Below, piece by piece: positions 19,455 to 28,295 of a DNA stretch of 64,000 nt. Origin of the DNA: Spirochaetota bacterium. Its GTDB lineage: Bacteria > Spirochaetota > UBA4802 > UBA5550. The notes under the pieces were generated by a model, which worked only from the letters and a program-made list of their open reading frames with translations, was not told where the DNA came from and did no database searches. A program made the translations under genes and the position numbers. The stretch spans positions 1-64,000 of the forward strand of contig JBNKTL010000024.1 in NCBI GenBank assembly GCA_050298055.1, written 5' to 3'. The stretch's first letter is position 1. Each line of letters opens with the position of its first letter.

Positions 19455-19982
19455 ATGCAACCAGATCTGGATAACATTAAGAAGAAAGTTGAGGAGAGCA
19501 GGGACCTGATCGATAAGATCTCCACAAAGATCCCCGGTTTCAGCAGCATGGTTGAGCAGGCCGAAAGTTATGCCGCTGACCAGGTTGTGAGGGATTTTAT
19601 GGCCGATAAGGTCCAGGGCCTCAAGGGAGAGCTGGGCGAAGTTTCCGGCCGTTTTTCCCGGGAGAAGGTATACGACCTTATGACCGACCTGGACTCTCTT
19701 AATATTAATTTTGAGAAGCTTTACAAAAAGACAAAATTCGCCGATTACGCGTCTTCCGCGTCCGCATCGGGTCTCAAGGTGAGCGATAAGGACAAGGAGA
19801 GGCTCCTTGAGTATGACTGGAGGCTCATTGCCGGCCTTGACGAATTTGACGATGCAATGGGGCGCCTGAAGGGGGCCTCCCGGGAAGATGCTCCGGCTAT
19901 CCTCAATGAAATCAGGAGTAAGATAAGTGATTTCGAAAAATCTTTCGATGAAAGAAAAAATGCAATTATGGAGGTACTTTAA
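19455..19982 (+). CDS. Helical hypothetical protein, first gene of the SPFH operon
   Basis: KIPGF..ADQVVR motif, predicted all-helical; stop abuts the next ATG. Confidence 0.75.
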   Translation: MQPDLDNIKKKVEESRDLIDKISTKIPGFSSMVEQAESYAADQVVRDFMADKVQGLKGELGEVSGRFSREKVYDLMTDLDSLNINFEKLYKKTKFADYASSASASGLKVSDKDKERLLEYDWRLIAGLDEFDDAMGRLKGASREDAPAILNEIRSKISDFEKSFDERKNAIMEVL

Positions 19983-21110
19983 ATGGCTTTGCTTGATGTT
20001 GTAAAATGGGACAATGCTCCCGGTGAAGTAATATTCAGGTTCAGGGAGGGGGAGATTGCCATCGGGTCACAGCTGATCGTCAAGGAAGGCCAGCAGGCGA
20101 TATTCTTCAAGGAGGGACAGGCCCTTGACGCCTTCGGCGCCGGAAGGCACACCCTGAAGACCGGAAATATTCCCATTCTGGAAAAACTGATAAACCTTCC
20201 TTTCGGCGGAAGTTCTCCTTTTCCCGCGGAGGTTTACTTTATCAATACAACGGAAATCCCCAACCTGAAGTGGGGCACAAAACAGCCTTTTAAGATCATG
20301 GACCCTGAGTTCAGGCTCGCGGTCCCCATGAGGGCGTTCGGGTCCTACGCAATACGTATTACCGACCTGAAGCAGTTTGTGATACAGGCTTCCGGGACCT
20401 GGCAGGCCTTTGATACCGATTCAATCGGTTCCGCCATGAGGGACCAGATCATCGTTCCCAAGATCCAGGACCTCATAAGCGAGTACCTGAAGCAGGAGAA
20501 GACCACGGCCCTGGATGCCACAACCTACCTGGATGAGATAAGCGCCGCGGCGAAGGGGAAAATGGGCGAGGATTTTGCCAGCTACGGTATCGAGCTTGTC
20601 CGTTTCGCCATCGAATCCATAAATGTTCCCGATGAGGACCCCAACGTCCAGAGGCTCCAGAAGGCCCTGGCGGACAAGGCCGAGATGAACATCATGGGCG
20701 AGGACTATAAAACAAAGAGGACCTTTGACACCATGGAGAAGGCCGCTGAAAATGAAGGTATGGCCGGCGGCATGGTGGGTGCCGGAATGGGCATGGGTAT
20801 GGGCCAGCAGATGGGCCAGATGATGGGCGGCATGACGCAGAACGTCGCGGGAGGCCAGCAGCAGGCACAGGGGATGACCTGTCCCCACTGTAATGTCGCC
20901 AACCCCGCGGGGGGGAAGTTCTGCTCCTCATGCGGGAAGGAGATGGTTGTCCAGCAGGCGGCGTGCCCCGCGTGTAATGAAGCAATTCCGGCCAACTCCA
21001 AGTTCTGTCCAAAGTGCGGCGCGAACCTTGAGGGTTCCAGCTGCAAGAAGTGTAATGCCAGGCTTGCCCCGGGAGCGAAGTTCTGCCCCGAATGCGGCGA
21101 AGCGCAGTAG
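19983..21110 (+). CDS. SPFH/band-7 domain protein with C-terminal double-zinc-ribbon repeats
   Basis: GSQLIVKEGQQAIFFKEG..FGAGRHTL..AEVYFIN..KWGT; Met/Gly linker; six CxxC. Confidence 0.88.
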   Translation: MALLDVVKWDNAPGEVIFRFREGEIAIGSQLIVKEGQQAIFFKEGQALDAFGAGRHTLKTGNIPILEKLINLPFGGSSPFPAEVYFINTTEIPNLKWGTKQPFKIMDPEFRLAVPMRAFGSYAIRITDLKQFVIQASGTWQAFDTDSIGSAMRDQIIVPKIQDLISEYLKQEKTTALDATTYLDEISAAAKGKMGEDFASYGIELVRFAIESINVPDEDPNVQRLQKALADKAEMNIMGEDYKTKRTFDTMEKAAENEGMAGGMVGAGMGMGMGQQMGQMMGGMTQNVAGGQQQAQGMTCPHCNVANPAGGKFCSSCGKEMVVQQAACPACNEAIPANSKFCPKCGANLEGSSCKKCNARLAPGAKFCPECGEAQ

Positions 21111-21125
21111 AGAGGGTTTCCGGAT

Positions 21126-21728
21126 ATGTCTTCAATGAACTGTACATCCTGCGGCGCGCCCCTGGAAATAGAGAACAGGTTCAGCAAGGTCCTGGTCTGC
21201 GGTTATTGCGGGACGCACCTGAAGGTTTCGGGAGACAGCCTGGATATATCAGGCAAGCACCCCAAGCTTGCTGAATTTCCTTCGATCTTCAGTGTGGGTA
21301 CAACAGGGACAATCCTGGGCAAACCCTTCAAGGCCCTGGGAAGAATGAGATACAAAACCGAAGATTCTTATTATGATGAATGGTTTCTCGATTATGACGG
21401 GGATACCGCGTGGTTCGTTGAGGATGAGGGGACCTACTCCATCTTCTTCGAGATGTTTGAGGCGGCGGACCTCCCTGACCCTGAGACCATCAGGGCCGGG
21501 CAGAATATCGAGGTTGGCGGCAGGAGGGTGATGATCAAGGAGAAGGGAGTATCGGTTATTGAGGGAGGAGAGGGAGAACTCTCCTACTACCAGGAACCGG
21601 GGACCCGGGTGACCTATATTGATGGTGTTGCCGAGGGAAAGAAGATATCCATAGAGACCACCGAAGATGAGGTGGAGATCTTTACGGGAAGGCCGCTTAT
21701 GAAAAGGGACATTGTGGTGGGGGGATAA
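21126..21728 (+). CDS. Zinc ribbon + DUF4178 protein
   Basis: CTSCGAPL..CGYCG; GRMRY..YDEWFLDYDG..WFVEDEG. Confidence 0.8.
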   Translation: MSSMNCTSCGAPLEIENRFSKVLVCGYCGTHLKVSGDSLDISGKHPKLAEFPSIFSVGTTGTILGKPFKALGRMRYKTEDSYYDEWFLDYDGDTAWFVEDEGTYSIFFEMFEAADLPDPETIRAGQNIEVGGRRVMIKEKGVSVIEGGEGELSYYQEPGTRVTYIDGVAEGKKISIETTEDEVEIFTGRPLMKRDIVVGG

Positions 21729-21734
21729 GGACCC

Positions 21735-23120
21735 ATGGGTGAGAACGAAAAGCTGGATGCCATGAAATGCACGGCCTGCGGCGGGGACATCGTCAAGGCC
21801 TACAGGAGCGTTGACGAGGACGAGGAGGTCCCGGTCGCCCGGTGTGTCTCCTGCGGTAACGAGTATGACCAGTACTCCGAAGAGTATTACCGTTTCTTTG
21901 CCGATGACTTTACCTATGACACCGGGAACTCTGTCCTGAAACTGGGACTGAAGGGCGCCCTGGAGGGTGTGGAATACGAAATTATCGGCCGTATCAGGAT
22001 GCAGGAGGAAGATGAGTCTGAAAAGACCACCTGGGACGAGTGGTTCGCCGTGTCAGGCGACGGGGGCTACCACTTCTTCGTTGAGGAGGAGGGTGAGATC
22101 AGTTCCTACGAGGAGTATGTCCCCGAGTCAATAAACATGGAGACCGGTGATGATTATATCGAGTTCGAAGGGAAAAAGATAGACAGGGACGAGGCCTATA
22201 TCGGCCGCGTTGTCTTCTTTGAAGGTGAACTCCCCTGGGAGCCGGAAATAGGCGAAGCAATAACCTGTTACGATTTTAAGAAGGACGGAGATAAATATAC
22301 CATAGAACAGTCGGAGAACGAGGTCTCCATTACAAAGGGTGACAGGCTCTCCTATAAGGACATTATTGCCGCCTTCGGTAAAGAGGAAGACAAAATCCTC
22401 TATGATAATACCATGAGGATGAGGAGTGAATATAAGAAAAAATCTTATGTCTACCTCCTGGGATTTCTCCTTGCGCTGGCTTTTTCCATTTACAGCTGCG
22501 GTCAGAGCAAAGCGGTACCCGGGCTCATGAAGAGCAGGCGGGTCCTGACGGATAACCAGCTGATGGTTGAGAAGACCTCCCGGAGTTTTTTCAGCCAGGT
22601 CCTCTACGGTCCGGTTGAAATCCCCGGAGGTGATAATCTCTACGAGGCGTACCTGAGGGTTAATGAAGGTATCCAGAGGTTTCACCTTGAGTGGCAGTCT
22701 TTCAGGTTCATGATGGTGAGCGAAGAAAGGCTCAACAAGGTCCTGGGCGGCAGCAGCGATCCCGCGCTCTTAAAGTCGCTTTTCAGCGAGATCGACGCGC
22801 AGAAGGAGCCGGTGGAATCGTATGTTGTGACCGGTGATTTCTGGGACGAGCAGGGGCGTGACAGCGACGGCGCGTGGCATGAGAGCGATCTGAACGTGTC
22901 CGCGGATTTTATTCTGGATGAGCCGGGGAACTATTACGGCTATCTTGAACTCTACAGCAATAAAAGAAGGAAGATAGAGTCTGTGATCGTATCTCTTTCC
23001 ACAGTAAAGAGCGTACGGTACCTGGTGGTGGTCATGGTGCTCATGGGTGTCCTGATGATCGTAAACAGGGCAAAAGCAAAGAGTTATAACGAGCTTCCCT
23101 TTGAGATGGCAGATGAGTAA
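21735..23120 (+). CDS. Zinc ribbon + DUF4178 membrane protein
   Basis: CTACGG..CVSCG; LKLGLKG..YEIIGRIR..WDEWF..GELPW; two TM segments flanking an extracytoplasmic domain. Confidence 0.8.
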   Translation: MGENEKLDAMKCTACGGDIVKAYRSVDEDEEVPVARCVSCGNEYDQYSEEYYRFFADDFTYDTGNSVLKLGLKGALEGVEYEIIGRIRMQEEDESEKTTWDEWFAVSGDGGYHFFVEEEGEISSYEEYVPESINMETGDDYIEFEGKKIDRDEAYIGRVVFFEGELPWEPEIGEAITCYDFKKDGDKYTIEQSENEVSITKGDRLSYKDIIAAFGKEEDKILYDNTMRMRSEYKKKSYVYLLGFLLALAFSIYSCGQSKAVPGLMKSRRVLTDNQLMVEKTSRSFFSQVLYGPVEIPGGDNLYEAYLRVNEGIQRFHLEWQSFRFMMVSEERLNKVLGGSSDPALLKSLFSEIDAQKEPVESYVVTGDFWDEQGRDSDGAWHESDLNVSADFILDEPGNYYGYLELYSNKRRKIESVIVSLSTVKSVRYLVVVMVLMGVLMIVNRAKAKSYNELPFEMADE

Positions 23121-23134
23121 CGGGGTGATGAGTA

Positions 23135-23320
23135 ATGATTAAAAGCATAGTTGTTGTACTTGTACTGCTGGGGTCGGGATTTGCCGCTTCGCATTTCTAT
23201 TTAGGCTATCCCCGGGCCGGGAAAAAATATATATCCAAACACAGGGAAGAGAGGAAGTCTCTACGCCACGGAAGCGGCATCTACTATATGGGCAGCCGCG
23301 GATTCAGGGGAGGAAAGTAA
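23135..23320 (+). CDS. Small membrane-anchored peptide ending in GSRGFRGGK
   Basis: 61 aa with one hydrophobic helix and a basic Gly-rich tail; inside the operon. Confidence 0.7.
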   Translation: MIKSIVVVLVLLGSGFAASHFYLGYPRAGKKYISKHREERKSLRHGSGIYYMGSRGFRGGK

Positions 23321-23401
23321 GAAATTCTTTTATTTTTGAAAACGAAGACGTAATACTGAATTATTTTTATAAAAGTAACTATCAAGGAGGTTTACTGACA
23401 T

Positions 23402-23677
23402 ATGGATTTGAGTAATCTACTCTACGGAATAATAGACACTGCAATCTATTCCCTGGTGGGGATAATAATGATGGGACTGGGGTTTCTGTTGATTAATTTT
23501 TTTACGCCTTTTTCTGTGAAGAAGGAGATCGAGGATGACCAGAACACGTCCCTGGGGATCATTATCGGTTCGGTTATTATCGGGATATCAATAATAATCG
23601 CTGCTGTTGTCAGCTCCCCCTCAAGCACTTCGGGAAAGACCGCGGCTCCGAAAACAGAGATGAAAACCGATAAATAG
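23402..23677 (+). CDS. DUF350 family membrane protein
   Basis: YSLVGII..FTPFSVKKEIEDDQNTSLGIIIGSVIIGISIIIAA; AGGAGG RBS. Confidence 0.88.
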   Translation: MDLSNLLYGIIDTAIYSLVGIIMMGLGFLLINFFTPFSVKKEIEDDQNTSLGIIIGSVIIGISIIIAAVVSSPSSTSGKTAAPKTEMKTDK

Positions 23678-25203
23678 TGAAGAACAGGTTAAAGGTCTCA
23701 CAGGAGAGACTTCTTTTATTCTCTGTTTTTATTTTATCGCTCTGTGGAATTACATATGAACTTGTCCTGGGTTCCCTGGCCACTTACCTGCTGGGGAATC
23801 CTGTGCAGCAGTATTCCCTGACAATCGGGATATTCTTAAGTTCAATGGGTATCGGGTCCTATCTTTCCCGGTTCCTGGTCAGGAACATCCTCCGTGATTT
23901 CATCATCATCGAGATTTCCCTGGGTTTTATCGGCGGGCTCTCCGTTCTCGTTCTCAACCTCATGTTTTCATTTTCCGTTTCTTTTTACCTGCTCCATATT
24001 TTTTTTCTCACTGTGATCGGGACACTGGTGGGGCTTGAGATCCCCCTGATCGCGAGGATACTCAGGAAGCATGGCTCTTTCAGGGACATTATATCAAACG
24101 TGCTCACCCTGGACTATATGGGAGGGCTCGCAGGTTCCCTTCTCTTTCCCCTTCTGCTTTTTCCCTTTGTGGGGAGGTTCCTCACCAGTCTTCTTATCGG
24201 TATCGCGAATATTTCCGTGGCGGCGCTTATCATACTGAAGATAGAATATCCGGGGAGAAAAAAACATGATCTGCTGCTGCCGGCTGTCATGGTCCTCATC
24301 CTTGCTCTTCTGGCAGTTAATTCCGATATGATAAACACAATTATACAGAAGAGGCTTTTTTATGACGACATCGTCTTCTCAAAGAGGTCCAGGTTCCAGG
24401 AGATTGTCCTCACCCGGAACGGGGGTGAGTTCAGGCTCTACCTTGACGGGTCGCTTCAGTTCTCCACATTTGACGAATACAGGTACCATGAAATGCTTGT
24501 CTACCCGGCCCTTGCTCTCAATAAGGAAAGCCGGAAGAAGGTGCTGATTCTGGGAGGGGGTGACGGTATCGCGGTAGGGTATATTTTAAAGTGGAAGGGG
24601 ATAAAGAGCGTAACCCTGGTTGAGCTTGACCCGGAGATAATTAACCTGGCAAGCTCTAACTCATCGTTTAAAATGATCAATAAAAATTCACTTGCAGACA
24701 GGAGAGTCAAAGTTGTTACAGCGGATGCTTACAGGTACCTGGCAGAGAAGAAAGAGAGGTATGATATTATCGTTGCGGATTTCCCCGATCCCCACGATGA
24801 AACAATATCCAAGCTTTATACGGTTGAGTTCTTCATGATGGTAAAAAGGTCCCTGGCTCCCGGCGGGGTTTTTGTCACCCAGTCAACTTCACCCCTTTTC
24901 GCCCGGGAAGCCTTCTGGTGCATTAACGGTACCCTTAAAAAGGTCTTCGGAAACGTTCTTCCCTATCATGTCTTTATTCCCTCGTTCGGGGACTGGGGAT
25001 TTAATATGGCATCGGAGGGGGTTCTGGACCCGGGGTCTGCGGGGAAGGTGAGTATAAAAACGTCATTTTTTTCCGGGGAGACCTTCAGGAATTCCCTTCA
25101 CTTTCCCGATGATACGAAAACAGAGGCAGGAAAAATAAATACCTTTAACACGCCGGTGCTCTATACCTACTACCTGAAGGGCTGGAAAACCACCGATTAT
25201 TGA
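23677..25203 (+). CDS. speE: Membrane-bound polyamine aminopropyltransferase (spermidine synthase-like)
   Basis: N-terminal TM domain (CGITYEL, GLEIPL, LDYMGGLAGS); LQFSTFDEYRYHE, GGGDG, VELDP, DFPDP. Confidence 0.9.
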   Translation: MKNRLKVSQERLLLFSVFILSLCGITYELVLGSLATYLLGNPVQQYSLTIGIFLSSMGIGSYLSRFLVRNILRDFIIIEISLGFIGGLSVLVLNLMFSFSVSFYLLHIFFLTVIGTLVGLEIPLIARILRKHGSFRDIISNVLTLDYMGGLAGSLLFPLLLFPFVGRFLTSLLIGIANISVAALIILKIEYPGRKKHDLLLPAVMVLILALLAVNSDMINTIIQKRLFYDDIVFSKRSRFQEIVLTRNGGEFRLYLDGSLQFSTFDEYRYHEMLVYPALALNKESRKKVLILGGGDGIAVGYILKWKGIKSVTLVELDPEIINLASSNSSFKMINKNSLADRRVKVVTADAYRYLAEKKERYDIIVADFPDPHDETISKLYTVEFFMMVKRSLAPGGVFVTQSTSPLFAREAFWCINGTLKKVFGNVLPYHVFIPSFGDWGFNMASEGVLDPGSAGKVSIKTSFFSGETFRNSLHFPDDTKTEAGKINTFNTPVLYTYYLKGWKTTDY

Positions 25204-25205
25204 AA

Positions 25206-25394
25206 TCAGACAGCCTTCTGAATTTTTCCCGACTTAATGCAGCTTGTGCAGACGTTTTTTCGGACTACGCTTTTATTTTCCAGGACCCTGATTTTCTTTA
25301 CATTGGGCCGCCACATCTTCTTTGTCTTCTTGTTTGAGTGACTTACATTATTGCCAAACTGTACGGATTTTCCGCAGACTTCACATTTTGCCAT
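25206..25394 (-). CDS. rpmB: 50S ribosomal protein L28
   Basis: MAKCEVCGKSVQFGNNVSHSNKKTKKMWRPNV..CTSCIKS. Confidence 0.95.
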   Translation of the reverse strand: MAKCEVCGKSVQFGNNVSHSNKKTKKMWRPNVKKIRVLENKSVVRKNVCTSCIKSGKIQKAV

Positions 25395-25561
25395 GACTAT
25401 ATCCTTAATATTCCAGAATTTGCTGATTTTTGAAATCATCAAAATGATATTCTTATCATCGAATGACAATACTGAATAGAAGCTCTTTTTTTTCAAGCAC
25501 TTTAATAGTACAAATTTGAACCTGTAAATAAAAAAATAATATCATTAAGTATATTCAAAAA

Positions 25562-25593
25562 GCATCGTTAAAAAGATGTGTAAAAAGGGGGAT
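25562..25593 (+). repeat. Dispersed 32-bp intergenic repeat
   Basis: 30/32 identical to 28034-28065 (gca.cgtt.aaaagatgtgtaaaaagggggat). Confidence 0.65.
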
Positions 25594-25686
25594 GAGGGGT
25601 GCCTTTTGCGGTTCAAAAATTTTAAAATTTTTATCCTGAAATATTGACGATTTTTTCTGTTTTTATTATATTATTAATGCAAAAAT

Positions 25687-25713
25687 CTAGCACTCACCAA
25701 GTAAGAGTGCTAA
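25687..25713 (+). promoter_or_regulatory. CIRCE element (HrcA operator)
   Basis: CTAGCACTC-N9-GAGTGCTAA, one mismatch to TTAGCACTC-N9-GAGTGCTAA, upstream of hsp20 genes. Confidence 0.92.
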
Positions 25714-25745
25714 CAGAAATTGACTAATAAATCAGGAGGTCAGTT

Positions 25746-26198
25746 ATGAAATGGGGAATAAGTAAAAGAGGAAAGGACTCAGAGCATACTGTTGATCTCT
25801 TCAGAAAGAATTTTAACAGTTTATTTGATGATTTTTTCTCAACAGGTCCCACGGCGCTTTTTGATTCTGATTGGCTCCCTACTGTTGATGTTGAGGAGAA
25901 TCAGAGGGAGATCCATGTAAAGGCCGAAATGCCGGGGCTTGAAGAAAAGGACATCAATGTGACCCTGGACAGGAATATCCTCACAATTTCCGGTGAGAAA
26001 AAAGAGGAGAGGGACGAAGAGGACAATGAGAAAAAATATGTTCTCTCCGAAAGGCGTTTTGGTTCCTTTTCGCGGTCAATAACTCTTCCGGAAGGGGTCA
26101 AGTCCGATAAGATCACAGCAAAATTTAAGAAGGGAGTCCTGAATATCAGGATCCCCAGGGACGAAAAAAAACAACCGAAAAAAATTGATATTAAATAA
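25746..26198 (+). CDS. Hsp20/alpha-crystallin small heat shock protein
   Basis: PTVDVEE..AEMPG..ERRFGSFSRSITLP..GVLNIRIP. Confidence 0.93.
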   Translation: MKWGISKRGKDSEHTVDLFRKNFNSLFDDFFSTGPTALFDSDWLPTVDVEENQREIHVKAEMPGLEEKDINVTLDRNILTISGEKKEERDEEDNEKKYVLSERRFGSFSRSITLPEGVKSDKITAKFKKGVLNIRIPRDEKKQPKKIDIK

Positions 26199-26212
26199 TC
26201 AGGGAGGCAGCC

Positions 26213-26626
26213 ATGTTTTACACATACGATCTTTTTGATGATATGCTGAGATTGAGGGATGTTCTTGATGATTTCTACAGTGATACCCCCGCGCGGTATA
26301 ACAGGAGAATAGATTTTCCCTATGTCAATATCTCTGAGAGCGATGATGTGGTTACCGCCACGGCACTTGTTCCCGGTATTGAAGCGGGTGATATCGATAT
26401 CGAACTCCAGGACAAGGGTCTTGTTCTTCAGGGTACACGGAAGAGCGATTATGAGGACAGGCCCTATATCAGGAAGGAGAGGAGTTTCGGTGATTTTAAG
26501 AAAATCGTGAGGCTTCCCTACCGGGTAGAGAGGGATAAAATCAAGGCCAGCCTCAGGGAAGGTGTTCTGACAATAACTCTTCCCAAGGCTGAAGATGCAA
26601 AACCGAAGAAGATAACCATCGGGTAA
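26213..26626 (+). CDS. Hsp20 family protein
   Basis: FPYVNISE..ERSFGDF..GVLTITLPK. Confidence 0.92.
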   Translation: MFYTYDLFDDMLRLRDVLDDFYSDTPARYNRRIDFPYVNISESDDVVTATALVPGIEAGDIDIELQDKGLVLQGTRKSDYEDRPYIRKERSFGDFKKIVRLPYRVERDKIKASLREGVLTITLPKAEDAKPKKITIG

Positions 26627-26640
26627 AAGGAGGTATAATC

Positions 26641-26985
26641 ATGAGCAGAGAAGAATATGTGCTTATGCCGCCTATTGACATCTATGTTTCAGATGATGAA
26701 TATGTCATTAAGGCGGATATGCCCGCGGTGAGTAAAAATGATCTTGATATTACGCTCCATGATAACAAGCTTGAGATAAGCGGTAAAGTTGCCACGGATG
26801 AATCAAAGCCTGATGGAGCGGCCTATAATGAGTATACGCTCTACGATTATTACAGAAGCTTCCAGGTGGGAAATGATATTGACGGTGACAGAATATCCGC
26901 CGAAATCGATAAAGGCGTATTGACGCTGAAGCTTCCGAAAAGAGAAGAGGTTAAACCGAAAAAGATAAACATTGAAGTTGAATAA
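26641..26985 (+). CDS. Hsp20 family protein
   Basis: PPIDIY..ADMP..YYRSF..GVLTLKLPK. Confidence 0.9.
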   Translation: MSREEYVLMPPIDIYVSDDEYVIKADMPAVSKNDLDITLHDNKLEISGKVATDESKPDGAAYNEYTLYDYYRSFQVGNDIDGDRISAEIDKGVLTLKLPKREEVKPKKINIEVE

Positions 26986-27009
26986 CACCACTTTAATAAA
27001 TGTCACAGG

Positions 27010-27039
27010 CCCATGTTTTCAGAGCATGGGTTTTTTTTT
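27010..27039 (+). terminator. Rho-independent terminator
   Basis: cccatg-tttt-cagag-catggg followed by T9. Confidence 0.7.
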
Positions 27040-27216
27040 GCTTGAAAAATCCCCCCCGCTGGCAGCAGATGAATCTTGATCATATAATTAACATGGCTAT
27101 GTATAAGAAAAAATATATTCATTGATAAAATTTGATAATGTTTGTTAATATATATTTTAATTCGATAGCCGGGTCTTTATTATATTACTATAGATGAACC
27201 AGGAAACAAGCAGAAG

Positions 27217-27411
27217 ATGAAAATCAGTGAAAAAACACACGTTTTGGAAACTCTGAAAATGTCCGGGGATATTCTGAAAGTCTATAAAAAATACGGTCTC
27301 GATTGTCCCGGATGCAAGGGAGCGGGGGAGGATACCGTTGAAATGGCTGCCCTGAATAATGGTCTCGACCTGAAAAAATTCTTGAGTGACCTGAATAAAG
27401 CCGTAAAATGA
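27217..27411 (+). CDS. DUF1858-like small CxxC protein
   Basis: VYKKYGLDCPGCKGA..DTVEMAA..GLDL..L..LN. Confidence 0.7.
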   Translation: MKISEKTHVLETLKMSGDILKVYKKYGLDCPGCKGAGEDTVEMAALNNGLDLKKFLSDLNKAVK

Positions 27412-27415
27412 CCTG

Positions 27416-28012
27416 ATGTTCAAGGTAAGGGTCATAGCGGGAAGCCTCAGGGGGAGGACCATACCCTTCTCAATAAGCAAGTATGATGACGCGGACATAA
27501 CACCTCAGAAAGTCAAGGAGGCCCTCTTTTCAATAATCGGTGAAGACCTTACCGGGAAGGGTTTCCTTGATCTCTATGCCGGCTCGGGACAGGTGGGCAT
27601 CGAGGCCCTGAGCCGCGGTGCCGACCCGGTGATCCTGAATGAATATGACAGAAAGAGGTTCGGGTTCATCAGGTCGTTTCTGGAAGGTATCAGTATCAGC
27701 GCGAAAATTCTTCTCTATAACATGCATTCATTCAGGGTCCTGAAGCTTCTCGGTAAGCGAAAGAGGGCCGTGGACTATATATTTGTTGATATTCCCTATG
27801 TTAAGGTAAGGGAGAAAGTCAATAAATATGATGAGGTGATCAGCCATATCCAGAGAAGCGGAATTCTTAAGATTGGGGGACTGATTATTATTCAGCATTA
27901 CGGCAAAAACCGGATGAGTGAAAAATCCGGGAACTTTCTCCTCACCGGTACCAAGACCTATGGCACCAGCTGTCTTTCGTTTTATCGGGAAACCACTAAA
28001 TCCTGGAAATAA
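27416..28012 (+). CDS. rsmD: RsmD family rRNA methyltransferase
   Basis: RVIAGSLRG, KVKEALFS, LDLYAGSGQVGIEALSRGA. Confidence 0.85.
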   Translation: MFKVRVIAGSLRGRTIPFSISKYDDADITPQKVKEALFSIIGEDLTGKGFLDLYAGSGQVGIEALSRGADPVILNEYDRKRFGFIRSFLEGISISAKILLYNMHSFRVLKLLGKRKRAVDYIFVDIPYVKVREKVNKYDEVISHIQRSGILKIGGLIIIQHYGKNRMSEKSGNFLLTGTKTYGTSCLSFYRETTKSWK

Positions 28013-28033
28013 ATTTTTGTTACCCTGCAAAAG

Positions 28034-28145
28034 GCACCGTTTAAAAGATGTGTAAAAAGGGGGATAAGGGGATAAAGAGGGGATGTGGGGATAAAATATT
28101 TCTGATTTTTCTTATCCCCTTATCCCCTCCATCCCCTTATCTCCT
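28034..28145. repeat. Inverted 9-nt-periodic repeat (ggggataa / ttatcccc) with the 32-bp leader repeat
   Basis: gggggataaggggataaagaggggatgtggggata ... ttatccccttatcccctccatccccttatctcc. Confidence 0.65.
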
Positions 28146-28255
28146 TTCGTACACTCTTTCTTCGTACGCTTCGTGAGCTTTGTGTGAAACCCTCTTCTCA
28201 GAAAATTCACCCTGTGAAATAAATTTTATTGACATTAAGCTCAATGAAATCTTTT

Positions 28256-28285
28256 TTTAGCCACGGGTTTAAACCCGTGGCTAAA
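28256..28285. repeat. REP-like palindrome copy 2
   Basis: tttagccacgggtttaaacccgtggctaaa just upstream of the glnS RBS. Confidence 0.65.
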
Positions 28286-28295
28286 AAAGGAGATC

